Below, piece after piece: positions 9,633 to 19,911 of a DNA stretch of 64,000 nucleotides. The notes beneath the pieces were generated by a model. It did not search any database. It was given only the letters and a program-made list of their open reading frames with translations, and was not told the DNA's origin. The stretch lies in NCBI GenBank assembly GCA_963675665.1, contig OY776510.1, forward strand, positions 1,696,001-1,760,000. The letters run 5' to 3'. The position numbers and the translations under genes were made by a program. The stretch comes from Spirochaetia bacterium (GTDB taxonomy: Bacteria > Spirochaetota > Spirochaetia > UBA9216). How positions within the stretch are numbered: position 1 is the stretch's first letter; the number at the start of each line of letters is the position of its first letter.

Positions 9633-10467
9633 TACATGCCTCCTCAATGATGTTCAGTTCGGTCATGGCAGCTTTGTATTCGGTGTCGTTCGGGGATTTG
9701 CCGTGCCAGATATATTTCCCTTCCATGAAAGACACTCCTTTGCCTTTAACTGTATGAGCCAGAACCATGACTGGCCCCGATTTGGCGATTTCACAGGCTT
9801 TTTCCAGAGTCGGCACCAGTTCAGCCATATTATGACCATCACATTCCAGCACGCTCCAGCCGAAAGCCCTCCACTTGTCCCCTATCGGCTCGAGATCGGA
9901 GGTGCCCTTTACCGTATCAGCCAGCTGGACTTTATTGTAATCCGTTATGGCTATAAGTTGTTGTATACGGTGTGAACCTGCATATAGAGCCGCTTCCCAT
10001 ACCTGGCCTTCCTGCATCTCGCCATCGCCGAGAAGAACAAAAACCCTGTATTCCTCTTTATTACGTGCTGCACTCAGTGCCATTCCTATCCCCAGGGAGA
10101 TTCCCTGTCCAAGGGAGCCTGTGGAAATATCAACCCCGGGAGTCTTATGCATATCCGGGTGGCCCTGTAATCTGCTTCCGTACCGGTCGAAGGTGTTTAG
10201 TTCCTCCTCTGGGAAAAACCCCCGCAGAGCCAGGACCGAATAATAACCGGGAGTGGCATGACCTTTGGAAAGAATGAACCGGTCACGTCCTTGTTTATGG
10301 GGAATTCGAGGATCAATCCGCATTATGTGAAAATACAAGGCTGTCAGAATATCCGCTTCTGACAGGGAGCCGCCAGTGTGCCCGCAGCCTGCTGTATGTG
10401 TGGTTTGCAGGATGGATCGACGAACCTGGATGGCTGTTTTTTCAAGTTTGTGAATAGTATTAATCAA
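9619..10467 (-). CDS. transketolase N-terminal subunit
   Basis: 'GHTGGSLS', 'DRFILSKGHA', 'LQGHP', 'STGSLGQG', 'GDGEMQEGQVWEA'. Confidence 0.9.
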   Translation of the reverse strand: MINTIHKLEKTAIQVRRSILQTTHTAGCGHTGGSLSEADILTALYFHIMRIDPRIPHKQGRDRFILSKGHATPGYYSVLALRGFFPEEELNTFDRYGSRLQGHPDMHKTPGVDISTGSLGQGISLGIGMALSAARNKEEYRVFVLLGDGEMQEGQVWEAALYAGSHRIQQLIAITDYNKVQLADTVKGTSDLEPIGDKWRAFGWSVLECDGHNMAELVPTLEKACEIAKSGPVMVLAHTVKGKGVSFMEGKYIWHGKSPNDTEYKAAMTELNIIEEACNENR

Positions 10468-10493
10468 AATAGTAACTCCTTATATGATCAATA

Positions 10494-10527
10494 TGCGTAT
10501 TATGAAGTATTAATGCGGATAATGCAA
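10494..10527. promoter_or_regulatory. tandem candidate IclR operators
   Basis: TGCGTATTATGAA and TGCGGATAATGCAA in the divergent intergenic region; related sites at 11834 and 11928. Confidence 0.55.
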
Positions 10528-10586
10528 TACAAAATTAAAAAAAATAGGATATTGTGCCCAATAAAATAATTCTTTATAATGTTGAC

Positions 10587-11363
10587 ATGAGTGCTGAAGA
10601 GACATCTATCATACAATCAGTCGACAGAGCAATGATTCTTCTTAAAGCCGTTGCTTCGAATCCTCAGAAAGGGAAAACACTAAACGAGTTAACCGCTTTT
10701 CTTGGAATTGACAGGAGTTCAATTTTCAGATCCTTGACAACCCTTATTAAGCACAATCTTGTAAGACAAGATAAAGCTACTAAATGTTATAAACTGGGAT
10801 ACGGCGTATTTCAGCTTGCTGGTGCTCTGCGTGTACAGGACAAACTCACTGAAGTGGCCAGACCTTTCCTCGTCAAACTGGTGGAAAAAATCGGTGAAAA
10901 TGCTCACCTTGCAGTTCGGTCGGGTAATTTATCAGTTTTCATAGATCGCGAACAGGGAAATAAAACATTGACCGCGAATACCGACCTGGGAGGTACTGAA
11001 GAATTATATTGTACTGCAGTTGGCAGGTGTCTTATATGTAACATGAATATGGAACAATTACACGAACTTTACTCACCTGGTGAATTTAGGGCTTATACTG
11101 AAAATACAATTATCAGTTATGAACAACTGTATGAAGAACTCTGTAATGTAAGAGAAACGGGATTTGCAGTGGATAATGAAGAATATGAATATAATATTAT
11201 TTGCTTGGCTGGTCCCATATATAATTTTGAAAATAAAATAGAAGCAGCTATTGGTGTTTCCGGACCGAAGTTGAGAATTAAAAATAGAATTGATGAAATT
11301 GGTTCTTATATAAAGGAATTAAGCGAGGAGTTGAGTGCTCTTCGAGGATATCAAGGAATATAA
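10587..11363 (+). CDS. IclR family transcriptional regulator
   Basis: 'IQSVDRAMILL', HTH, 'YCTAVGRCL', 'GFAVDNEE', 'AAIGVSGP'. Confidence 0.9.
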   Translation: MSAEETSIIQSVDRAMILLKAVASNPQKGKTLNELTAFLGIDRSSIFRSLTTLIKHNLVRQDKATKCYKLGYGVFQLAGALRVQDKLTEVARPFLVKLVEKIGENAHLAVRSGNLSVFIDREQGNKTLTANTDLGGTEELYCTAVGRCLICNMNMEQLHELYSPGEFRAYTENTIISYEQLYEELCNVRETGFAVDNEEYEYNIICLAGPIYNFENKIEAAIGVSGPKLRIKNRIDEIGSYIKELSEELSALRGYQGI

Positions 11364-11833
11364 TATATTGAATCCAATTACAGCTGAAGAAAGTTGTTGA
11401 CGGAGTAATTAATGAAAACTTTATACTGTGCCTGATTAAACAGCTATCATCAAATGATGTTAGTGCAGAGCACCCCTCCCTCATAATTGTCCTTTCTGTG
11501 TATTTCGATGGTATTACACTGGAGCGGATCAGTCAGGAATATCATTGTTCTGACTGTAATAGTCGTTTCTGATGCCAATTGATGCCGGGCTGAGACATAT
11601 AAAAGTACCGCTGATACTTCCACCACATTTATGCTGTAGAAATCCTGCTTCACTTAACCCTTTGTGGATTGTTTTGGTTGAATGGGGCATGGTCTTTTCT
11701 CGTTTGATCCATAACTGCCGTAAGGCGGTTCCTTCGATAGCTTTTAATTTGGTTTGCTCATTCTCCCTGATCTTGTAGATTTAGGGCTGCAGAGCGTCTC
11801 TGTCCTTTTTCTGTTAAAAAATATAAATATAAC

Positions 11834-11940
11834 TTGCATAATACGAAAAGCCATGTCATAATAAGCAACAGATGGGTTTCTTATAATCATTGAATAAGGT
11901 TAAAATGAGAAATTGTATATTTGCTGTGTATTAATACGCA
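11834..11940. promoter_or_regulatory. candidate IclR operators upstream of ABC operon
   Basis: TTGCATAATACGAA (11834-11847) and GTATTAATACGCA (11928-11940) are reverse complements of the motif at 10494-10527. Confidence 0.5.
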
Positions 11941-12026
11941 TATTTTTTAAAGGAGGTGAGATCTTTTAGGGTAAGTATTAGTATTCTATTTTGATTAATT
12001 CTAAACTAATTTATTGGAGGATGTTA

Positions 12027-13448
12027 ATGAAATCTACAATTCGGAAAAATTTTTTTATGATTATTGTATTATTATTTATTTCTGTATCAATATGGGCTGG
12101 AGGAAAGCAAGAGGGAAAAGCTGTAATAGAAGACGACATTGACCAGAATGTTGAGTACATAACAGGTACATACCCGCCTCTTATAGCAGACAAGCCTTTT
12201 GCCGGAACCGTAATCACTTTTCCCGCCTTAAAGGGATGGGCGAGTTTTCAGCCGGCAATGGATCTGACTCCTGAATTTGAGGAAATGACAGGGATAACGA
12301 TACACTATGTTGAATTGCCTGGTTCAGAAATAATATCAAAACAGCTCTTGGAATTGTCACAAGGTATGAAAACTTTCGACTTTGTGCATTCCTGGGCCAG
12401 TGCATATGGCAAGTTTTTTGATTATGTTGTCCCAATTGATAACCGAATAATCCGGGATTGGGGTAGTGTGGATACATATTTGGATTCCTTCTTTGAACTT
12501 CATCAAAATACCAAGGGAGAGGATGGGAAGTTTTATTGGACTCCTTTCCATGCAAACACACAAATCTGTACGTATCAAGTAAGATTATTCGAAGATCCCA
12601 AAGAGCAAAAAGCTTTCAAGGACTTATATGGTTATGAGCTTGCTCCTCCGGAAACTTTTGAACAATTCATTGATATTGCATCATTTTTTAATCGTCCGGA
12701 GGAAGGGCTTTACGGATTCGCTGCGAATTGGGTAGGCGGAGATGGAAATTGCTCATTTCTTCATTATTATTTAGCCTCAGGATTCGATTTGCTTGATAAC
12801 AACTATATGCCGACAATGCGAAGTCCGGAGGGTAGGGCTGCTGCTTTAAAAATTGCCCGATGGATGCAGGACTCTATATATAAAGATGGTTATACCGCAC
12901 CAGACTCTATCTCTTTTTCTACCGGACAAATTTTTGATTATTTTTATAGTGGTTCCTGTGCTATAGCGTTTGGATGGCTATCAGATTATTGGTCGTTTAT
13001 TCAGGATAATAAATCCACCAGTAGTATAGGGGATATTGGAGCTTTTGCTTTACCTTCACCGACGGGTGCGAAATCAGGGGGATATGCATCATGGCATGTT
13101 CTTGGACTGAATAAATATTCCGAAAAAAAGGATGCCTGCTGGGAATTCATAAAGTGGTTATTAAATGAAAAGCAGCAACTGGCAATGGCGGGAGGACAGC
13201 TGCCTCCAATAAAAGAAATTGCTTATAAGACGTCTGTAGAGCCCGGTGGTATTGACCCAAAAGCACTATATGATGCATTTTATTACGCTCATCTTCCTTA
13301 TCAAATTCCTGAGTTGTCATTGATCACCACACGAGCAGAAGAATTATTGACTTCTCTTTTAGCAAACATGATGACACCCGAAGCATTTGTCGATGAGTTT
13401 GTAATAGAGATTGAAGAAAAACTGATAGAGTATGGATATATAAAATGA
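12027..13448 (+). CDS. carbohydrate ABC transporter extracellular solute-binding protein (CUT1)
   Basis: signal peptide ending 'WAGGKQE'; 'EFEEMTGITI', 'PPETFEQFIDIASFF', 'ACWEFIKWL'; GGAGG precedes ATG 12027. Confidence 0.85.
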   Translation: MKSTIRKNFFMIIVLLFISVSIWAGGKQEGKAVIEDDIDQNVEYITGTYPPLIADKPFAGTVITFPALKGWASFQPAMDLTPEFEEMTGITIHYVELPGSEIISKQLLELSQGMKTFDFVHSWASAYGKFFDYVVPIDNRIIRDWGSVDTYLDSFFELHQNTKGEDGKFYWTPFHANTQICTYQVRLFEDPKEQKAFKDLYGYELAPPETFEQFIDIASFFNRPEEGLYGFAANWVGGDGNCSFLHYYLASGFDLLDNNYMPTMRSPEGRAAALKIARWMQDSIYKDGYTAPDSISFSTGQIFDYFYSGSCAIAFGWLSDYWSFIQDNKSTSSIGDIGAFALPSPTGAKSGGYASWHVLGLNKYSEKKDACWEFIKWLLNEKQQLAMAGGQLPPIKEIAYKTSVEPGGIDPKALYDAFYYAHLPYQIPELSLITTRAEELLTSLLANMMTPEAFVDEFVIEIEEKLIEYGYIK

Positions 13449-14341
13449 GTTCCTTTATCAATAAGAAATTCAGTTTTTGGGTAGGGCTATTATTAGCCCT
13501 ACCATTTATTTACTTAGGATTTTTCTATTTTATGCCAATAATACGACTTGTGATTTTAAGCTTATTAAGATATGAACCGGCTTATGGTGTAAAGAAGTTT
13601 ATTGGAATAAAAAATTATTTGGATATATTTACGGATCTGAATAACATCAAAGTTATTTTTAGAACATTCCTGTATACCGGAATTTGTGTGTTTTTCTCCT
13701 TTTCCTTCGGATTGCTGTTTGCTCAGTATACAATTACATTAAACGATACATTCTCTGATAAATTGAGTACAACGTTTAGGCAAATTATTATTTTGCCTAT
13801 GATTCTTATACCCGCAGCAGCAGGCGTATTATGGGCTTTTGCATATACAGAACATTACGGATGGGTAAATCACATTCTATCGGGATTAGGTATGAAGACT
13901 TTTCCCTGGCTGGTCTCGAATAAGGCTTTTTATTTGGTAATGCTGGCTGATATTTGGGGATGGACGCCTTTCATGTATTTAATTTTATTAGCAGGTTTAC
14001 AATCAATGAACAGAGAGCCAATTGAAGCGGCTAAAGTTGACGGGGCTTCTCCAATGCAAACTTTCTTTCTGGTTATTTTGCCGATACTTCGTCCAATTAT
14101 TAGTATCGCCTTGGTAATTAAAATATTAGATACTTACAGAGCCTTTGACTACCTATGGATTATGACCAAGGGAGGGCCCGGTGATCTATCAACAACTTTA
14201 AATATTATAACTTATAAAACTGCATTCCTGAATCTGAAGTTCGGTAAGGCCAGTACATATGGCGTTATCACTCTGCTTTTTCCTCTTGTTTTTATAAACA
14301 TTTTTTTATTATTACAGCGAAATAAAAAAGGAACAGATTAG
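13445..14341 (+). CDS. carbohydrate ABC transporter permease (MalF-like)
   Basis: EAA loop 'EAAKVDGAS', 'MTKGGPG'. Confidence 0.9.
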   Translation: MSSFINKKFSFWVGLLLALPFIYLGFFYFMPIIRLVILSLLRYEPAYGVKKFIGIKNYLDIFTDLNNIKVIFRTFLYTGICVFFSFSFGLLFAQYTITLNDTFSDKLSTTFRQIIILPMILIPAAAGVLWAFAYTEHYGWVNHILSGLGMKTFPWLVSNKAFYLVMLADIWGWTPFMYLILLAGLQSMNREPIEAAKVDGASPMQTFFLVILPILRPIISIALVIKILDTYRAFDYLWIMTKGGPGDLSTTLNIITYKTAFLNLKFGKASTYGVITLLFPLVFINIFLLLQRNKKGTD

Positions 14342-15187
14342 ATGAATAAGAAAGGATTCAAGAAAATATTATTATTGATACCATTTTTAATTATTGTAAT
14401 ATATACAATTTTCCCTTTTCTATGGTTTTTTATCGCTTCATTATCAAAGCCCGGGACTATTCCTAAAACATTATCACTACCGGACAGGCTAAGTTTCGAT
14501 GCATATTTTGCAGTGTTATCAAAAAGGTTTCAAATTGAAAACGGTTCAAACATTTGTATAACTTCGAATATTCTGAATTCGATTATTGTAGCGGCGCTAA
14601 CAGTTATTCTGTGCCTTTTGATTTCTATTGGAGCTGCTTATGTATTTTCCAGATATAATAGAAGATATATTAAATTCGGATTCAACTCTCTTCTTGTAAT
14701 AAGAATGACACCAAGTATTTCATTAACTATACCAATATTTTTATTCTTTGCAAAATTAAATATTGTTGATAAATATATTGGCCTTGTTCTAATACATACT
14801 CTTCTCAATATGCCGCTTGCAATTTGGATGATAAAAGGTTTTATTGATGCAATTCCCATCGAACTTGAAGAACAAGCGTATATAGACGGGTCTTCATTTA
14901 TGAATATATTAATTAAAATAATTATCCCGTTAGCCGCTCCGGGAATTGCGGTTTCCGCATGTTTCATCTTTCTTGGAAGTTTTAATGAATATTTATTCTC
15001 GATTGTATTATCAAGAGGTTCTATTGATACACTTCCTTTAGCGATTGCATCTTTTCAGGCGGATCATAAGGTCTTCTATAATGAGATGGCCGCGGCTACT
15101 TTTATTTCCATGATTCCTTTGACATTGTTCTTTTATTTAATGGGCAAGAATATAGTTAAAGGTATCAGCATGGGAGCAGTAAAATAA
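14342..15187 (+). CDS. carbohydrate ABC transporter permease (MalG-like)
   Basis: 'IPIELEEQAYIDG', C-terminal 'GISMGAVK'. Confidence 0.9.
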   Translation: MNKKGFKKILLLIPFLIIVIYTIFPFLWFFIASLSKPGTIPKTLSLPDRLSFDAYFAVLSKRFQIENGSNICITSNILNSIIVAALTVILCLLISIGAAYVFSRYNRRYIKFGFNSLLVIRMTPSISLTIPIFLFFAKLNIVDKYIGLVLIHTLLNMPLAIWMIKGFIDAIPIELEEQAYIDGSSFMNILIKIIIPLAAPGIAVSACFIFLGSFNEYLFSIVLSRGSIDTLPLAIASFQADHKVFYNEMAAATFISMIPLTLFFYLMGKNIVKGISMGAVK

Positions 15188-15224
15188 CTTTATATTCGAA
15201 AATAATTATTTTGGAGGAATAAAT

Positions 15225-16289
15225 ATGAATACGAAGGTGAAGGTCGGAATAGTAGGCCTTGGAAGGATATTTGATTTAAATTGTAAAGGATATTTAGATG
15301 CTGAAAACGCAGAGGTTGTTGCTCTATGCGAAAATAATAAAGAGTCATTAGAAAAACGAGGACTAATTTTCCCTTCGGCAAGAAAATATGAGTCTTTTGA
15401 AGATTTTCTGCAGGAAGATTTAGATATTGTTGAGATATTAACCCCTCATATAGTCCATAAAGATATGGTTATAAAAAGCCTGAAGTCCGGGAAAAATGTT
15501 AGTGTACAGAAACCCATGGCAATGAATGTGAAAGAAGCAGAACTGATGGTAGCGACAGCAAAAGAGGAAAATAAAATATTAAAAGTATTTGAAAATTTCA
15601 TCTTTTATCCCCCACTGGTCAAGGCAAAAGCACTTCTGGATGATGGGTATATTGGGAAACCGATTCATTTCAGAATTCAATTCATTTCCGGATATAGCCA
15701 ATATGCCTGGAATGTACCGGTTCAAACATCTAAATGGAGGACTGAATTATTTAAACAAAAGAAGGCCGGGCCGTTAGTCTTTGATGACGGTCATCATTTA
15801 TTAGCTGTGGCATTATGGCTTTTCGGCGATCCAAATGAAGTATTTTGCACTATAGATTCAACTGAAGAAAAAAGTGGGAAAGTGTATGATGCTCCAGCTA
15901 CTATTGTATGGAAGCATAAAAATCCAAAGGTACATGGTGTTTGTACATTTAGCCGTTCCGAGAAATTTCTGATGAACAGTAAATATTATGCCTGTAATGA
16001 AAAATTTGAAATTATTGGCGAGAAAGGAATTATTATTGTTAACAGGGCAAGTGGGAAGTTTATTAATGAACCGGTTATAAGAATATATAAAGATGGGAAA
16101 ATTGAAGACTTCCATGATATTGAAGATGACTGGGGAAAGAGTTTTTATTATTCAACGAGGAATTTTTTAGATTTTTTCTCCGGTAAGACTAATAAATATG
16201 AATTAACAGGAGAACAAGGTCTGGAGGTTATGAAATTTCTTGATATGGTTCAAGAATCTTCAATTACAAAGAAAGCAGTAGTACAATAG
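15225..16289 (+). CDS. Gfo/Idh/MocA family oxidoreductase
   Basis: 'VGIVGLGRI', 'ILTPHIVH', 'VQKPMA', 'DDGHH'. Confidence 0.9.
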   Translation: MNTKVKVGIVGLGRIFDLNCKGYLDAENAEVVALCENNKESLEKRGLIFPSARKYESFEDFLQEDLDIVEILTPHIVHKDMVIKSLKSGKNVSVQKPMAMNVKEAELMVATAKEENKILKVFENFIFYPPLVKAKALLDDGYIGKPIHFRIQFISGYSQYAWNVPVQTSKWRTELFKQKKAGPLVFDDGHHLLAVALWLFGDPNEVFCTIDSTEEKSGKVYDAPATIVWKHKNPKVHGVCTFSRSEKFLMNSKYYACNEKFEIIGEKGIIIVNRASGKFINEPVIRIYKDGKIEDFHDIEDDWGKSFYYSTRNFLDFFSGKTNKYELTGEQGLEVMKFLDMVQESSITKKAVVQ

Positions 16290-16819
16290 TTATTGTGAAA
16301 TAGAGATTCTCAGACAGTTATTTCTATAACATTTTAAGATATGATTTTTATCAAAAAAGGAGAGATGGTTAATTTTTAATATTGCTACCTGGTTGCTGGA
16401 AGGATATTGAAACAAATATACTCTCATATCTATAAAAAGAAGAAATCTCCTCCGTAAATTAAGTAATTACGGCAAGTAGAAGAAGCTTTGTCAGGTTTTC
16501 AGGTATGGTTATCAGCAGGCAGGATGGCAGCCTCAAATTCTTTTGCACTTTTATTTCTGATCCTCGGGAGGCCGTTACTCTGGCCTCCTTTTATCAATAT
16601 GCATATTCTTAATACAGGTCGATACTCAAGTAGCATTTTAAACCCTATTTGGGTCCTCCAATATGTTTAAGCCTGTTTGCCGTCAACAAGATGGCTGATT
16701 CTTCATCAGGAGAATCCCCGATGTCTTTAGCCAGTCGTCTGATTTTTCTTACTATTTTTTCTAACTCATTTTTTAATATTGGTTCTCCGGATTCTTATTC
16801 CTGTGCATTAACGAGTATA

Positions 16820-16860
16820 AAAAAAGACTGTACAACACTTCGTGTTATCCAGTCTTTTTT
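16820..16860 (-). terminator. intrinsic terminator (possibly bidirectional) following a tRNA fragment
   Basis: AAAAAAGACTG...CAGTCTTTTTT stem with inner AACAC-TTC-GTGTT. Confidence 0.65.
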
Positions 16861-16885
16861 GGGGTCCACTAGGACTTGAACCTGG
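16861..16885 (-). other. tRNA 3'-end fragment (att-like integration scar)
   Basis: minus strand CCAGGTTCAAGTCCTAGTGGACCCC = T-arm plus acceptor 3' strand; no D or anticodon arm upstream. Confidence 0.6.
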
Positions 16886-16949
16886 TAGGCATGTTTACAT
16901 TTACTTCGACTTTTATCAGTCCGATTCTTATAACTTAATATAACACAAT

Positions 16950-17055
16950 TAATTACATTTAGCAATGGCTGTATTTTTTTGGAGTATTTTCGGCAATTTT
17001 AACTTGTTTACAATGTCAGAACTGAAGTCAGAGTTGAAGATTTTTCATAAAATGT
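16950..17055 (+). repeat. 106-bp imperfect direct repeat, copy 1
   Basis: aligns without gaps to 42077-42182 with 12 mismatches by hand count (~89%). Confidence 0.85.
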
Positions 17056-17581
17056 CAAAGATAATGTCAGGATTTATGCTGTGTACGTCGTCAAATAATT
17101 CATACCAATCATATCAATTTTTTCAGCTATAGATTTTGCATCATTGAGAATTATGGGTGACGAGATAGTTGGACCTTTCAATTAAATAAAGAGTATCAAG
17201 TGAAGGATTTCAAAAACTGGGTATTTTTGGAAGAATTCTTTAACCGCTTTCCCGATGTGGATTGAAGTAAAACTGAAAAAAGTACAGTGTGTATTATGGA
17301 ATATACGAGAAATTGCTAAAGAGAATTAAAACTATCATAATATTAGTAGATAAGAAAGAAATTATGTTATTATTTCTATGTAAGGCAGAGTTACGGAAGT
17401 TATAATTATCCTTATTTAGTTTTTCTTTAGACTATTGAGATATTGTATTCACAAAAGCATATAAAATCAATACAAATCAAATTTTTTAGTTAAAAATTGC
17501 TTGACATAATGGAATGTGTGTATTTAGATTGTATTAATATAAATAATACTTAACAGGTATGGAATGTGTTGGGAGATTAAT

Positions 17582-19018
17582 GTGAGTAGTGTATTTTTAT
17601 CTATTGATTCAGGCACCAGTTCAATCAGAGTTTCCTTTTTCAGTGAAGAAATAGTTTTAATTGCATCTGAGTCTATCGAAAGATCTGTAAATAGAAAATT
17701 TTCAGCAGAACAAGAATGGGATTATACGAGGAAGTTGATAAGAAGGATTATAGAAAAGAATCCCGGCTATAAGATTAAGGCAATAGCTGTCTCTCAGTTC
17801 TTGTCGTGGGTAATGATTGATAAAGATGGTAACCCTTTATCAGATGTAATTATGTATACAGATCAGAATTTAAAAGAATACACAGAATATTTGTCAAAGA
17901 ATCCACTATTAGACTTTTATAAAAAGACTGGAAGAGATATATCTGCCGATATGCCTATATTTGAGTTGATAAGGATTAAAAATGAAAATAGGAGAATGTA
18001 TGATAAAATTTATAAAATGATTCCTGTTAAAGATTACATAAATTTTAAATTAACAGGAGAAATTTTTTCAGATTATACTTTTTCCTGTTATGGATCGGTT
18101 TTTAATATAATAACAAAGGATTATGATGATGAAATCCTGTTATCATTTAATATTGAAAAAGATAAATTCCCCGAATTAAGAAAGTGCAACAGTATTATAG
18201 GAATGGTAAATGGTAAAGTCGCAAGCGATATTGGCCTTGCTGAAGAAATACCGGTTGCAGCAGGTGGGCCTGACGGGAGCATCGGAATAATCGGAATCGG
18301 TAATACAAAAAAAACAAGTGCCGTAAGCATTATGGGCACAACAGATGTATTTTTTGCAAATAGTGATAGCTGTTTAATAAAAAAAATAGGAAAGGAACTT
18401 GTAAAGAATATTCACCCTCTTGAAGATAATTATCTTTTAGGTGGTCCTATGGGGTTTTCTGGAGGTACTATTAATTGGTTAATTAAATTTCTTAACGGCC
18501 AGTATTCTTTAGAAAATTTAAATGAAATAGCTGAGGATATTCCACTAGGTTCTGGAGGAGTAATGTTTATTCCAGGATTGACTGGTGAGAGGGCACCATT
18601 TTGGAATCCAAAAATTAAAGGAAGTATTATAGGGTTGCAGCCTTATCATAATGCCGGTCATATGTTTAGAGCTATTCTTGAAGCTAATTCGTTTACTACA
18701 TTAAAAATAATCGAAATAATTAGATGTCAGGGAGCAGATGTTAATAATATAATTACAGGTGGTGGTGGGAGCAGGAGCAATTTGTGGATGCAGATAAAAG
18801 CAGATATTACAGGAATTCCTGTTATGGTTTCGTCAGAAAAAGAGACCACTTCTAAAGGAAATGCTATTATAGCGAGTTTAGCTGTAAATAATAGATCAGT
18901 TATTCCGGAACCACAAATTCGACATGTTTTTTATCCGGATAAGGAAGTTCATGAAAAGTATCATGAGTCTTATAATTTATATTTGAAATTTATTAAATTA
19001 ATTAATGAAATTTATTGA
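17582..19018 (+). CDS. FGGY family carbohydrate kinase (xylulokinase-like)
   Basis: 'SIDSGTSSIR', 'AGGPDG', 'SIMGTT', 'GERAPFWNP', 'GGGSRSNLWMQIKADITG'. Confidence 0.9.
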   Translation: MSSVFLSIDSGTSSIRVSFFSEEIVLIASESIERSVNRKFSAEQEWDYTRKLIRRIIEKNPGYKIKAIAVSQFLSWVMIDKDGNPLSDVIMYTDQNLKEYTEYLSKNPLLDFYKKTGRDISADMPIFELIRIKNENRRMYDKIYKMIPVKDYINFKLTGEIFSDYTFSCYGSVFNIITKDYDDEILLSFNIEKDKFPELRKCNSIIGMVNGKVASDIGLAEEIPVAAGGPDGSIGIIGIGNTKKTSAVSIMGTTDVFFANSDSCLIKKIGKELVKNIHPLEDNYLLGGPMGFSGGTINWLIKFLNGQYSLENLNEIAEDIPLGSGGVMFIPGLTGERAPFWNPKIKGSIIGLQPYHNAGHMFRAILEANSFTTLKIIEIIRCQGADVNNIITGGGGSRSNLWMQIKADITGIPVMVSSEKETTSKGNAIIASLAVNNRSVIPEPQIRHVFYPDKEVHEKYHESYNLYLKFIKLINEIY

Positions 19019-19064
19019 ATTTTAAATGTAATGGTTAATTTAAATAATATTGGGAGATGAATAA

Positions 19065-19799
19065 TTGGTAGATAGAAAGAGAACAAATACAAATCCATTA
19101 TATCATACTATAAAGGAAGATATAAAAAAGCAGATTCATGAAGAGATTTATAGGCCTGGAGATTTCATCTCTACCGAAGGAGAACTTTGCCGACAATATG
19201 ATGTAAGTAGAGTTACTGTGAGACGTGCTATTGAAGAACTTATAGACGAAGGTGTATTGAATCGGGAATCTGGAAAAACGGCACACGTAGCAGAGAAATC
19301 TATTCCTAGAAGCTTGAATCAACTTGGTGGATTGCATGAAGAATTATCACGAGATGGTATCAAATGTTCATCGTTTATTCTAAATTCTGAAAAGATAAGG
19401 GCAGATTCAATTATGGCTGATAATCTAAAAATAAACGAAGGAGATTGTTTGCATCGGGTAGAACGTCTAAGATATGCTAATGGAACTCCTCTCTCTTATC
19501 AGATCTTATATTTAGTCGATAAATCCTGTCCAGATCTTGACGTTCAGAAATTAGCTACAAAATCTTTATTTGAGACATTGGAAAAAGAGTATAATCTTAA
19601 AATTGAATATGCGACACAGACTATCTCTGCTGCATTAGCAACTTATAAGCAAGCTGCTCTTCTAGAGCTTCCTGAACGAACATGTATGCTTTGCATAAAA
19701 CGTATTACATATCTAAAAGATGGAAATGCGATTGAATATTCTGAAAGTTTTTATGTAGCAAGTAAATATAATTTATCAATGACTTTGCAGCGGAATTAG
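19065..19799 (+). CDS. GntR family regulator (HutC/UTRA type)
   Basis: 'PLYHTIKEDI', 'TEGELCRQYDVSRVTVRRA', C-terminal UTRA-like 'ERLRYANGTP'. Confidence 0.9.
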   Translation: MVDRKRTNTNPLYHTIKEDIKKQIHEEIYRPGDFISTEGELCRQYDVSRVTVRRAIEELIDEGVLNRESGKTAHVAEKSIPRSLNQLGGLHEELSRDGIKCSSFILNSEKIRADSIMADNLKINEGDCLHRVERLRYANGTPLSYQILYLVDKSCPDLDVQKLATKSLFETLEKEYNLKIEYATQTISAALATYKQAALLELPERTCMLCIKRITYLKDGNAIEYSESFYVASKYNLSMTLQRN

Positions 19800-19852
19800 C
19801 AATACATGTAGCCATAATTATAACAATTACAATACAAATGTAATAAAAAGAG

Positions 19853-19900
19853 TTGACAGGTAAGCAATCCTTATTGTATTGTTATTGTAACATAACAATG
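19853..19900 (+). promoter_or_regulatory. promoter with candidate GntR operator
   Basis: TTGACA followed by ATTGTATTGTTATTGTAACATAACAAT; similar layout recurs near 35376-35422. Confidence 0.5.
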
Positions 19901-19911
19901 AGGGTATAATA

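Noticed and set aside
11400-11800. Short minus-strand reading frame, possible gene relic
   Set aside because: No recognisable family motif; cannot be supported without a search
16488-16879. Small ORFs 16488-16670 and 16649-16879
   Set aside because: No RBS or motifs, and the second overlaps a terminator and tRNA fragment; probably debris
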